This document shows positions 25,860 through 39,301 of a stretch of 64,000 bases of DNA, piece by piece. Every line of letters begins with the position of its first letter. Position 1 is the stretch's first letter. Both the position numbers and the translations under genes were made by a program. The DNA comes from Octopus sinensis (Eukaryota). The notes beneath the pieces were generated by a model. That model had not been told where the DNA came from. It saw only the letters and a list, made by a program, of their open reading frames with translations, and did no database searches. Location: the NCBI RefSeq assembly GCF_006345805.1, contig NC_043003.1, positions 42,532,001 to 42,596,000 of the forward strand, written 5' to 3'.

Positions 25860-27810
25860 GGGGAGGGTCTCCCTGGGCAAAAATGAGCTTCTTTTTAGAT
25901 GGCTTAAAGTTGTATGCCAGGATAGATAAAGAGCCTTGTTCTGACTACAACTTTTTTAAAGAATATAAAGTTGGAGTTTGGACAAGATAAATATTCATGC
26001 ATGATTGTGAAACAAAGAAAAACTGTAAATCAGACTAGCAGCATCTCTAACAATGGTTTCTCATAATGGTTTCACTGTTTCTCCGATATTTAATGAGGAA
26101 GGCTACAAATGCCTAGAAGTGAATAAAAACATATCTTATGATGGTATCTGAAACAAGGAATGTTGCAGAAGCATTATCGCTCTTTCCCTTTAGCTACCTA
26201 CATTGTGGCTTTCCTTAATTTTAGGTACCTATTTTTGGTCAAGCCCATTTAGATTTACCCGGACTGTCCATCCCTTAACTGTAGTCTAGAGTCTTTCATA
26301 AGCTATTTAAGGGATTTTCCCCGCTAATTCCTTAGGGAGGTGAGTTTGTTACGAGCGAGCTTTGGTCTTCGATATGAAATCGGTTTTTACCATTTTGCTG
26401 TTTTCAGGAAGTATCCTCCCTTTCCTTCCCTTCCTCACTCTCCTCCCCATTCTCTCTCTTTCTCCTCTTCATCTTGTTTCCCCTCTTCCTATGTTTCTCC
26501 CTGTTTCTCCCTCTTTCCGCTTTTCGCTCACTTCCCCTTCTTCCCCCCTTTCTCCCTCTTTCTCTTTCTTCATCCTCTTTCCTTCCCTTCCGCCTCTATT
26601 CTCCTTTTCCACTTTACCACGTTTTTCACTCTTTCCTCTTCTCCTCCCCTTCCTCACTCTCCTACACTTTCTCACTCTCCTGCTCTTCCTCATTCTTCTC
26701 AGCTTCTTCATTCTCACCCCTTTCCTCACTCTCACTTCTCAGTCTTCCTCGCTTATCCATATCCCTTCTCTTCCTCTATTTCTCTCTTCACCCATTCGAC
26801 TTCTTCATTTTCCCTTCTTCCTCATCTTTTCCCTTCCTTACTCTTTCCTTATTCACACAGTTCCTCCCTCTTTTCCCACTTCCCTTTCTTCCCCATCTTC
26901 CGACTATTCTTCACTCATTTTCCTCTCCCTCCTCTTTTCCATCTTTCCCCAGTTTTTGAACACCTTATATAGAAATACATCCACTGACCAAGTCTTTGCA
27001 CACAAATAGAGAACAGCACGAGACTTAGAAAGCAGCTCCTCAAGAAATATTCCAGTTTTGATAATCTCGCTTTCATGGCCAACAAGGTAGTATGATTCCA
27101 ATGTATCATATCGTCAGATAAAAGGATGAGTGCATATCAGCAGATAGCCATGCATGGACATATTACCAGGAAGCTTCTGGATGAGAGCAACATTGATACT
27201 CAAAGGAAATTATAAGGCACTTACAACCGGATCACTAACTATCACTTTGTAAGATATGCGTTTGTAATCAAGGGACAGGAAATAGTTGCCAAATTCATGA
27301 TACTCAAGAGCGACAGAGGCGCAGGAAAACATCAAAATGGGATTACCAGTGCAGTTTTTAAGGAGTGATAAACGAATATTTCACCCAAATCATAAGCAGT
27401 TGTTCAAAAATGTATTCGTTTTATGTGCTAGGTGCAACATGTCCAAGACACTGACGCATCGGAAGATTAATCCTGGAGCCAAAGATGTAAGAACCCACAG
27501 TGCCGCAGAAACGTGTACTGGCGGAATGTCCTTGTGAACATTTCAGTAAAATTCAAGCTTAATAAACCCGACATTGTTATCTGGGACTGAAGAGCAGGGA
27601 AACAACGTACAGTAGATACAGGACTAATGAAAGATTTACGGATACTTAATTCTGCGTACAATTTTACATTTATACTCGTAGGTTTTCGACGCAATTGGAT
27701 ATATATTCAACTAATTACAGCACCAATATTGAGAAAATGGAGTTCTCAAAACCAGTAAGGAGAAAGCTAATTAGAAGACTACAGATAAAGCCATCAACAA
27801 ACATATGTGA
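25860..27810 (+). mobile_element. Degenerate non-LTR retrotransposon with restriction-like endonuclease (R4/NeSL-like), interrupted
   Basis: Broken frames: FFLDGLKLYA (from FMDDLKLYA), LEFGQDK, GYKCLEVNKNISYDG, MHGHITRKL, GQEIVAK, QCSF..IISSCSKM (CCHC relic), NKPDIVIWD (PD-D/ExK), RRKLIRRLQ. Confidence 0.7.
26400..26960. repeat. Pyrimidine-rich (CT) low-complexity tract
   Basis: About 560 bp that is predominantly C/T on the plus strand. Confidence 0.9.
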
Positions 27811-28064
27811 AACTTTTCCAAAAGTTTCACATATGTGTACACATGCACATGTCTAGACATGCAACTACACTGATGAGTACATATACATAAAGCAAAGCCA
27901 GTAGATGAACTTGCACCTAATACTTGCTCATACACACACGCGCACGCACATATACCCCTGTTGAAGTTGCAGAGAGTCCATTGAAGAAGTCTTGGGTCGA
28001 GATTACAAACCGACTCGTTCTCCATTGTGAAAAACGAAAAAAAAATTAATAGAAATAAACGAAA

Positions 28065-28293
28065 TATTCTTTTCTACTCTAGGTACAAGGCCCGAAATTT
28101 TTGGAGAGGAGGGCCAGTCGATTAGATCGACGGCAGTACGCAACTGGTAATTAATTTATCGACCCCGAAAAGATGAAAGGTAAAGTCGACCTCGGCGGAA
28201 TTTGAACTCAGATAAAAGAAATAAAGTAAAGATAGACGAAATACTACTAAGCATTTCGCCCGACATGCTAACGTTTCTGCCAGCTCGCCGCCT
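28065..28293 (-). mobile_element. SINE family A, single copy
   Basis: Complete reverse-complement copy from ggcggcgagctggcagaaac to gtagaaaagaata. Confidence 0.85.
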
Positions 28294-28334
28294 TGGAATA
28301 AACGAAATATTAACATACGCTCCGCATATATGTA

Positions 28335-28365
<31 letters not shown>

Positions 28366-28465
28366 NNNNNNNNNNNNNNNNNNNNNNNNNNNNNNNNNNN
28401 NNNNNNNNNNNNNNNNNNNNNNNNNNNNNNNNNNNNNNNNNNNNNNNNNNNNNNNNNNNNNNNNN
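28366..28465. other. Assembly gap (100 N)
   Basis: Exactly 100 N, typical of a placeholder of unknown size. Confidence 0.98.
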
Positions 28466-29940
28466 GTGATCGTGGCTCTCTGCGTGGCTGAGGGCATGTC
28501 TGAGAGGGCCATTATGAACAGTAGTGGTCCCAAAACGGTGCCCTGCGGAACACCGCTCATTATTTGCGTGTTAATGAAAGTGGCCCCATTGGCTGCTACC
28601 ACCTGACTTCTATTCTTCAGAAAGTCATGAAGCCATTCTCCCAATTTTCCAACTATGCCAAGATCACGCAGTTTGTGACATATCATTCCATGATCGTTTG
28701 CAAAGTCGAGATATATGACTTCCACATTTGAGTGGTTGAGCAGTTGTTTCAGCACCCAGTCATAGTGTTGTAGGAGCTGAGTTAAGCAGCTTCTTTCTAG
28801 TCGGAAACCATGTTAGGTGTCAGGCAGCAAGTCATTTTCTTCAAGGAAGGTGATTAGTTTCCTTCTGACTATTCGTTCCATGACCTTGCTGATGTGTGAG
28901 GTGAGAGAGATAGGTCTGTAGTTCTTGGCCTCCGCTCTGATACCTCCTTTATGAATAGGGCATATTTTACCTTCCTTCAGTTTTCTTGGAAGTTTGCCAG
29001 CTGCAAGGAAGCTCTGAAAGAGAAACTGCAGTGGTCTTGCTAGGACTCTCTTACATACTTTTAGGAGGATTGCCGGGAATCCATCGGGGCCAATAGCTGA
29101 GTCTGTTTTCATTCATCTATAGCCTTTATTACATCGTCTTCCTTTATATCGATGTAATTATCGTCGCCGCCTCTGATTTTATATCTGCAGTGGTAAAGAA
29201 GTCAGTTGGATTGCTGATTTGGAAATGCCCAAGGGGTGGAGTGAAAACACTCTTGAATTGCTCATTCAGTATTTCACTTACCCTCATTGAGTGTGCCATC
29301 CCTTTCAAGGAGTGGTCCTATCCTACAGTGCACCGTAGCTGTTTCTTTGGCATACCTGTAGAAAGCTCTGGGGTTTGTTTTTATGTTGTCTATAGCCCAG
29401 GCTTCTTTGTCTGCTCTTTCCTTTTCATGGGAGAGTTGCAGACATTTTTCAATTTCCAACAGTTTTATTTTCAGGCGGGACATTTCACTGCTTTCAATTT
29501 GTTTGTTTAGGCGATTTGAAATTTTTGTACGCCGTCTCATTAAAATTTTCCTCTCTCTGGGGATTTTGTTCTTGTGTACAGTGGCCTTTCTCTCTGGGAC
29601 ACATTTGTAGCATATGGCTTGCATTACAGACATGAATTGTTGAAGTTTCATGTCGATGTCCGGCGAGAGAGACATTCAGGCCAGTTTTGTTTGAGGATCT
29701 CTTTCTCAATTTGTTTCCAGTTTGCCTTATTGAAGTTCAAGCTGGAAAGATTCTGAGAGTTTCTTGTAGGCTGCATGTCCATGCTTTCCTTTGGCCCGTA
29801 CATGGTCAGCTCTACCATGTTGTGATCCGAGAGTAGTGTCGGTGTCACTTTCACATTATGGATGAGATCCATATTATTTGTGAAGCAGAGATCCAGTGTG
29901 TTACCTGCCCTGGTTGGTTGGAGTATTACTTGCTCCATGT
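28466..29940 (-). mobile_element. CR1/Jockey-group LINE ORF2 fragment (APE end, linker, RT), disabled
   Basis: [69 protein letters not shown]. Frameshifts are present and KAFDKV is missing after YLDFA. Cut by the gap. Confidence 0.93.
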
Positions 29941-30067
29941 ATGTATACATGGATATATGTATGTATACATATACATTTGTATATGTATGTATACATATAT
30001 ATATTTGTATGTATACATATACATTTGTATGTATATATATATTATATTGTTTATATATATATATATA

Positions 30068-30107
<40 letters not shown>

Positions 30108-30236
30108 GTATTGATATTTTAAAGATCCAAAGAGTGGCAAGTAATGCTAAATAAGTGCTATGGACAGAGCGTAGTTAAACTCTTGGTTCGATAGTGATAT
30201 AAGTGAGGAGTTTAATGTGGGTCTTATATTAGCATG

Positions 30237-30267
<31 letters not shown>

Positions 30268-31439
30268 GCGAAAGAGATAACAAAGTCAAGACTGCGAGGA
30301 GATATATACTTATACACATAAATATATTAACCTGACTCGTTTAATATTTGTCTCATTTATTACTCGATTATTCTATGGAGGATTCTAGCATGATTTTCTG
30401 ATTTGAGTGACTGAATCTAATTTGATAATCTCATTTTCAGTTGATTTACCCCTTTGTATGTGTCACAGTTCATAGAAAGGGTCAAGTTAATCCCTTAGTT
30501 GCTTTACATAATCCCACACTTACTATAAATCGCATTTGTATATCTCGCTTGAATTCATGAATAATTTTTAGTAGGTTGTATTGGCGCCTTGTAAGTAATT
30601 TTAAATCATGCATACACAAGATGAAGTTTATAATTTCTATGTACACTTAACAATCAATGCTATTTTCGTTAATTTGATATTTTATTAGATTCAGAACCGG
30701 GCAGAAGTGTAGAGAGGACAAAGAATCACCATGAATGATTTCTCGGCTTTTGGGTATGAATGCTGGTTTTAAACATCTTCATTTTGTCATGCAGTAATAT
30801 AGCTATTTCCCATTTTGACATAGCTTTGTTAATGTACCGTAGAGTTTATTTTTATGGACTCTCACCTCCAACAAGTGTGCTGTGTACTATCAAATGCTTT
30901 TTGGTAATCAATTTATGCCTTGCGACTTTGCGTTGTCCTCTTTTTGTTGTTTTTATAGTTGCCCGTTTCACCATTAGCTACTCTTTATAGTCAAACGTCC
31001 CTTTCCGCCATATTCTCTGCTCCTAAAGTGAGATATTATTGCTTTCCAGATGAGCAGCCAACCTGGTGCTGAATATGAGTAATAGACGTGATTTGTAAGT
31101 TAGAAAATTCTGCAAGTTTTTTTTTTTTTTAAGAAGGGAGTTCTCCATTATTTTGTATCATTAGAAACAATACTGTTTTCCTCAACTGCTGCCATTCAGG
31201 CATTAGGTGTCGTCTGCTTATAATATCACAGACTGATACAGCTACAAATCTATGAAAACTGGCGGGTTTTCGGTCATAAATTGGGAACTTTCTCATTCTC
31301 AATAGTTCTCCAAATGCTTCCAGCTTCTAGCATGTTGCTGAGTCTCTTCTTAGCTATGGTGAGTAATATATCCAGAGTTGTTGGAATTTTTGATAATCTT
31401 TTTTTCTTATAAAATAATGTGATTTTTAGTAGCAGTGAA

Positions 31440-31512
31440 TGCTTCTATTACACATCCTGTACAGTGTTGTTGTTGCTTTTATTATTGTTATTGTTGTTGT
31501 TATTGCCGTTGT

Positions 31513-31575
<63 letters not shown>

Positions 31576-31715
31576 ACCACCACCACCACCACCACCACCA
31601 TCAACACCACCACCAACACCACCACCACCACCACCACCACCGCCACTACCACCACCACCACCACCACCACCACCACCACCACTACTACTACTACTACAAC
31701 TACTACTACTACTTT
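31440..31715. repeat. (GTT/ACT/ACC)n mosaic repeat
   Basis: Direct reading. Confidence 0.92.
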
Positions 31716-33124
31716 TTACTTTCTCTCGGTCTTACTTGCTGTAGCTGATTCTGTGAGAGCGGAGAGCAACCTGTTTTCAGAGGTCTCACAAGGTCTCTCT
31801 CTCCGCAAATTAGTCTTATTTGCCTTAGTCATTTGGTCTTTTGCAAATAATAACGACGCATGACTTATAGCCTTGATTTAAGTATGAATCGATTACTTCA
31901 TATACTGTAGCTATGAAAAATATAATATCGAATCAACGAGGTCACTTGATCTGCTAAAAATAGTTACACCTCGCCACATATCCCAGAAATCGCATCCTTT
32001 CGTCTTACTGAAAGTGGCTGGTATCATAAAACAGGATATTATAATGAATGAATCTTTGATTAGACATGAGCTTAATCTTACTTTTAGATCGAAAACATGC
32101 CACAAACTGAGCCTGTCGTGAAAGTAGGTTACATCTCTTCTATGAAAGATGAGACTATATAGTATGAATGAAATCTAGTCAAATATATTATTTGAAAATA
32201 GCAGAAAGCGTCAAGACCCCGATGTGGTCTATACATGGTCATTCTTTTTGCTAAAAATAACAGTAACATTTCACTCAGATAACAAAAGAGACCTTCTAGA
32301 GGGACAAGGAAAATATTGTCGGTCAAGATATGTTATGTTCTACAGAAGGATGTCATAGTCATTACATAAACACTTTTGACTACAGGTATTTTGGTTGAAG
32401 CAGTGTTTGTACTTGTCCACATATAAAACGCGAACACTATCACCAATATCACAACACAGCAACAATAACGACTTGAAATTAACGAAGGCGGGAGTGTCAC
32501 AAGAAGATGTCGGAGGTTCTATAAAGTCGTTCGACTTGTTTGAACTAGCAACGAAATTCTTTCTCAACTTACACATTGTCTCAATAAAATATGAATTACA
32601 TGTTGGATAGCGTACTCTGAGAAAACATAGAGTGTGTCACACTTGAAAAATCTTTGAAATTTTTTATGCTTAGTTGTGTATGACTTGATGTTAAATAACA
32701 GAATATCAATAACAACGAGAGAAGTCTCTTTTGATCGGTCGACTGGCTAGAAATAAAAGCTAAATCTACTTCAAATCATATCTGCGGTGTATTGAAATAA
32801 TATAAAAAAGGGAAGCATACATTAGGAAAAGACATGGCGATTTCACAAGGGGTTAAAAGGTCACGGATAGAATAGCTTTCAACACAAGGGTATACAAGGT
32901 TTAAGCAACAACGACGACGACAACAACAACAACAACAACGATAACAATAACATCAACAACAGCAACAGCAGCAGCAACAACAACTTCAACCGTAACAGCA
33001 GCAAAATATAAACAGCAACATAAAGATATCATCCTCAAAAACATTTGTAGATAGCATAAAACTCATTGCAAGTTCCGTCGCAATTAAACAATAAATAAAT
33101 AAATAATAAAATAAAATAAACCAA

Positions 33125-33540
33125 TGCGTGGCTGCATAGTATGAAGTTTGTTTCCCAACCACATGGCTCGTGGTTCACTCCAACTGTGTGGCACCATGGG
33201 CAAGTGTCTTCTGCTATTGCCTTGGGTTGACCAAAGCCTTTTGAATGGATTTGGTAGAAGGAAACAGAAAGAATCAACTCGTATATATATATATGTGTGT
33301 GTATATGTGTGCGTGTTTGTGTGTGTGTGTGTGTGTGTATGTTTCCACCACCGCTTGTGAACTGGTGACGGTACGTTTACGTCTCCGTAACTTAACAGTT
33401 AGGAAAAGGACACCGATAGAATAAGTACCGGGCTTCAAAAGAAAATAACAAGTACTGGGGTCGATAAGTTCGACTGCATTTCTTCAAGGCGGTGCCCCAG
33501 CATGGCCGCAACATAATGACAGAAACAGGAAAAAGATAGA
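33125..33540 (+). mobile_element. SINE family B, diverged
   Basis: Colinear with the other copies. Confidence 0.8.
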
Positions 33541-34453
33541 AGGCAACGTAAAGAATGCAATCTCCGAAAAGCGTCTACATTTACTCCTATCGTTATCTTC
33601 TGATTTAGGTGTGGTTCTTTACTTTCTTTCATCTAATTTGGCCACAATAAATACCTCAAAAGGGAGAAAGAGAAAGAAAAGATAAGAAAACAGGACTAGT
33701 TTATGAAAGATTGTCAATACGAGGCAAGGAGATTTAGAAGTTGTGGTATAATTGCATAGGAATGTTGCACTGTAGAGATTAGTCGTTTTAATCGGGTCTA
33801 GACCGTTTGAAGAAATAAAGCCTATTGAATAATATTCCGCCAGATCAACGAATGAAAAACCTGAATTCAAGAACACTTTCTTGGCAGCAGCTAGAGAAAA
33901 ATAAATAAATACAATAAAATGAAAATGTCGCGCATTAGAAGACACATTATTTAAAGAGTTGGCAGTATGAAGTATAATATAAAATACTACAAGATAATTA
34001 TGCTAGAAGCATTAATCAATAAATTTTCGTTATGGATCAATATAACTTACTCTTTTCAGAAATAATCTGCATTAACTAACTGATTTGATTTCGGCAGATT
34101 TAATGATTAAAAAGAATAAGTATTTTGGAGGTTTGCAGGTGTTCTATTGTATTCTGTTTGAAGTCTTTTTCTCAAACTCACCCTGTCTGTCTATCAGTCT
34201 CTTTGTCTTTTTATCTCTGTCTGTCAGTCTGTTTATCTTTCTCTCTCATATTCTCTCTCGTATACTTATTGAATATTTTTATTTCTCTCTCCCTCTTTAA
34301 TTTTCTCGTTCTTTTGATGAAGGACTCACGTCCCAAAAGTTACGATAATTTCTTTTTTCTATTAAAGTGTTAAGCTAATACAGAATTTGTAAGACCTTGT
34401 GCGTTATGTATAGTCTTTTTTGTAATGTCCATTGTATTTGGACGATAGAAATG

Positions 34454-34484
<31 letters not shown>

Positions 34485-34485
<1 letters not shown>

Positions 34486-34676
34486 GGGAGAGTTTACGAA
34501 AAAAACAAAAGACGAAGACAGGCGGTGTACAGAAAAAAAAAACAGATGTATTAGTATAACGCTCAGGAATAGAAAAAGTCTTTTACGTTTCGAGCTTACG
34601 CTCTCCTACAGGTAGGGACACAGAAAAAACAAGGAGCGAAAAAATGTGTGTAGTGGTTAACGATCTATCATGGCGA

Positions 34677-34680
<4 letters not shown>
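34485..34680 (-). mobile_element. Penelope-like terminal fragment with hammerhead-like motif
   Basis: Minus strand CTGTAGGA-GAGC-GTAA-GCTC-GAAACGTA at 34580-34615; embedded between (TA)n runs. Confidence 0.5.
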
Positions 34681-34742
<62 letters not shown>

Positions 34743-34817
34743 GCATATATGTATGTACATATGTATGTATGTATATATCTATTTATCTATCTATCTGCTC
34801 TCTCTCTCTCTATCTCC

Positions 34818-34854
<37 letters not shown>

Positions 34855-35150
34855 GTGCATGCATATACAAACATATATGTATGTTTGTATGTATGGATGT
34901 ATATTTAGCTATATTAATATGTACACACAGAGACTCAAGAGTGTATATGCAATGCGGAAGAGAGCTTGTGTGTCTGTGTTTACTGGTTATTGTATCTACT
35001 ATATGTGTGTGTATGCATGTTTGTATATCTATCTTTATAGATATGCACACAGACACATACACATAAGTGTGTATATGCAATGCAGAGGTGGTCCTCGCGT
35101 GTCTGTGTTAACTGGTTATTATATCTAGTATATAAATACATGTGTGCGCT

Positions 35151-35187
<37 letters not shown>

Positions 35188-35576
35188 TTGAGTGTGTGCG
35201 CGTGTTATTCTAAAGATTTGTCTAATAGATTGTACGGGTATTATTTATTGGACGTACTGCAGAAAATTAATACGATCAATGCTTTACTAAATAGTTCTGA
35301 AACGGAAATATGTCCGAAGTAGCTTCCCGTACTTGTCGAAATGATTATAATAGTAATTAATGTCATTTGCTCACTGTATATTCAATTCTAATGAAATTTT
35401 CGATACACACTACAACTAACAATTAACATTTAGATACAGCGATAATTTTATTGATGACAATCAACAGCTAATTGTGCCTGTCTCAGATTGGTTGAGGCGG
35501 CTAGACAGAAAATAAGTATAAGTACGAAATATATACGTTATACAACACTTTAATACCGATATTACACTCAGGCGCG

Positions 35577-35638
<62 letters not shown>

Positions 35639-36290
35639 TACACACGTAAACACACATTCATTATCGAGACCGGAACACAATTATTGATTGCGGCAATCCT
35701 AGTATGTAATTATAGATGTTACACTTTCGTTTGTCTATACAAATTAAGTAACTGATAGACTGCAGCGGTGAGTTTCTTGAATATCAAAGATCCCAACAAC
35801 AGTGGGGAATCTTGGTTTTTGTCTACCCTGTGCAATTACGAAATTAGCCGCACGCCCTCTTAAATATAAGTTTCTTTCCTCTCCAATAAAAACACGTATA
35901 TACAGTGCAAGCCTGTCTGTTGCGCGCAGCCCACAAAACCCGCTCTTCATACGCTGATGAAGAACTACAATGGCGAATGCACAATTCGATTTGAGAGTAA
36001 CGTCTTAGATTAGAACGACAAAATATTTTTGCTAAGATCTAGTTTGCTATATATTTCGTGTCAAGTAACTGCAGATTGCTTCTTCGACGTTTCGATATAC
36101 GTCTTGCGTGTTTGTCGAATGTGTGAGCGTTTGGAGGTTTCTGTTATATAATACATTTATATAACTCTCAGCACAAACAGATATACAAACAATAATTCAC
36201 ACACACACAAACTACATAATATACATATATGCATATATACGTGTGTATACATATGTATGTATGCATACAGATGTATCTATATTTGTGCGC

Positions 36291-36339
<49 letters not shown>

Positions 36340-36559
36340 TGTATGTATGTATGTATGTATGTTGTATGTATGTATGCATGTACGCGTTGTGTGTGTATCA
36401 CCAAAAACATTTCTGTTTATGCACGCATCAAATTTGAGTCGCATGATAACCAAATACTCAATAAATAGCTAACAGTAATTGAGAATGGCTCTATGTATGT
36501 GTGAGTGTGTGTGTATATATGCATATATATATTATATATATATATATATATATAATATA

Positions 36560-36769
36560 TATACATAATATATATGCATATATGCATATATTTATATGCA
36601 TCTATCTATCTGTCTATATAAATATATATATTCATATATATACATATAAGTACGTATATTTTGTGTGTGTGAATGTATGTATAGGGATATATGCAAATGC
36701 ATATATCTATGTATAGATAACTATACATACATATATGTTTATGTGAGTGTATCTCACTCACACACACAA

Positions 36770-36835
<66 letters not shown>

Positions 36836-37311
36836 TGTGTGGTGTGTGTGTGTGTGTGGTGTGTGTGTGTGTGTGTGTGTAAATATCTATATATACGACT
36901 ATTGTTTATACGCTAGCATAAGCAATAATATGTACTGAAAATAAGATATAATCTAGTAACGTTACACGTATACTAGCACACTGTTATATATGTATATAAG
37001 GTGAAGTATATGCATGAGCGTGTGTGTGCGTGTGTTTTGTGTTTATGGTTGTGTATGTATGGATGTATGCATGCATGCAAGTATGTATGGATTGCGTGAG
37101 TCTAAAGTGTGTATTGTATACGTCGATACACACGCGAACTCCCACATATATATTTAAATATTTATATAACTGTATATTTCTGTGCATGTGTATAAATATA
37201 TACGGATATATATATATACAAACAGACACTCATATTCATGTATTGATATATACATATCTATGTATTTGTATGTGTATATATATATCTATATACATATATA
37301 TATATATATAG

Positions 37312-37357
<46 letters not shown>

Positions 37358-37599
37358 ATATATACATACATATATAGCATATATGCTATATTTATATGCA
37401 TCTATCTATCTGTCTATATAAATATATATATTCATATATATACAATAAGTACGTTATTTTATGTTTGTGTGTGAATGTAGTATAGGGATATATGCAAATG
37501 CATATATCTAGGTATAGATAACTATACATACTATATGTTTATGTATTGTATACTCTCACACACACACACAAGATATATATATATATATAATATTATATA

Positions 37600-37643
<44 letters not shown>

Positions 37644-38165
37644 TGTGGTGTGTGTGTGGTGTGTGTGTTGTGTTTGGTGTGAAATACTATATATACGACT
37701 ATTGTTTATACGCTAGCATAAGCAATAATATGTACTGAAAATAAGATATAATCTAGTAACGTTACACGTATACTAGCACACTGTTAATATGTATATAGGT
37801 TAGTATATGCATGAGCGTGTGTGCCGTGGTTGTTTTTGGTGTTTATGGTTGTGTATGTATGGATGTATGCATGCATGCAAGTATGTATGGATTGCGTGAG
37901 TCTAAAGTGTGTATTTTATACGTCGATACACACGCGAACTCCCACATATATATATTTAAATATTTATATAACTGTATATTTCTGTGCATGTGTATAAATA
38001 TATACGGATATATATATATACAACCAGAACACTCATATCATGTATTGATATATACATATCTATGTATTTGTATGTGTAATATATATTCTATAATATATAT
38101 ATATATATATAGATTATATATATATATTAATATATCATTATATATATATATATATATATAGACAG
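36560..38165. repeat. ~800-bp tandem duplication of microsatellite-rich DNA
   Basis: gcatctatctatctgtctatataaat at 36598 and 37398. Unique anchors such as gactattgtttatacgctagcataagc recur, and the copies differ by many 1-2 bp indels. Confidence 0.9.
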
Positions 38166-39301
38166 ACACTCATACACATGTAGTACTATATACATATTTA
38201 TGCATGTGTATATTTATACATATATATACATACTCACACACGTGTGTGTGTGTGTGTGTATGGTGTATATATATATATATATATATTTGCATATATGTAT
38301 GAGATGTATCTACGTATGCGTGTATAATGATGTGTGTTTGATTATTTTATATGTTTCTATATACATACATACACATATTTGATATGGCTCCATCTGGCTG
38401 TCAAAATGAAAGATCTGTTCACCCGTGACTGTTCGCCATCAACGATCAAAACACATGGTCGTCATGGTGATGGCTGCAACCAGAAAATGGCCGTATGCTA
38501 TAATATTTTTTGTTGTAGTTGTTATTGTGGAGGCGGCAGCGGTGGTGGCGCCGAACTCGCTCGCGGCGGCGACGCCGGTGATGTTGTAGTAGAAGTGTTG
38601 GTGTCTTGGTAGCACTAATGGCGTATATATGCTTATTAGTGACAATGTTGGCAATGATGTTAGTGGTGATGATGGTGATGTTGTCAGTCCCACTGCTATT
38701 GTTGTGATTGTGGTGTGATAGTAATAATGGGCGTGTGCAATGATTGATATGATAGTGAATGTGGGATAAATTGTGGTGATGTTGTGGTAGTCATAATGTA
38801 TAGGGAGTGTGGTGTTGATAGTGATGATAGTGATGATGATCGTGTTTGTGATCATTGTTCGTTACAGTGTTAGTAGTGGTGCTGCAATGGAAGAGTGTTG
38901 TGGTGAGAGTGGTTAGCTCTTGTTGAAATATTCGTTGGTACTCGTTGTTGTGATGATCTTATGAGTAGTATCAGCGGTGGTAGTGTTGCAAGAGAAGGCT
39001 GTGCCGTTGAAGGTGTTATAATGTTTTTGTTGAACCCCACGTCAGTTATTGGATAAGATCTATGATCAGAACCATTCCAGCTATGACCATCTTCTTGTTA
39101 TTCTAGGCGCAGCGTATCGAGTATTACATTATTCAGCAGGCTGCTTTTGTTACTATGACAAAGGATTTTTGTTTGAGGGAGATCAACATCTGATTCTTCG
39201 AGCCCTCTGGCTCATTAGGATTGAGCTTATTTAGATCTCTGAGTCATTGAATAATTGAGACAACTAGTAAATGAGGTCTCAATATTACGTCAACTTAAAG
39301 C

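Noticed and set aside
28156-28755. 199-aa ORF continuing across the N gap
   Set aside because: The frame is carried artificially through Ns; sequence left of the gap is microsatellite and SINE.
35890-36010. TGF-beta-like C-terminus (CC..PTK)
   Set aside because: Lacks the terminal CxC and the rest of the cystine-knot spacing; resemblance is superficial.
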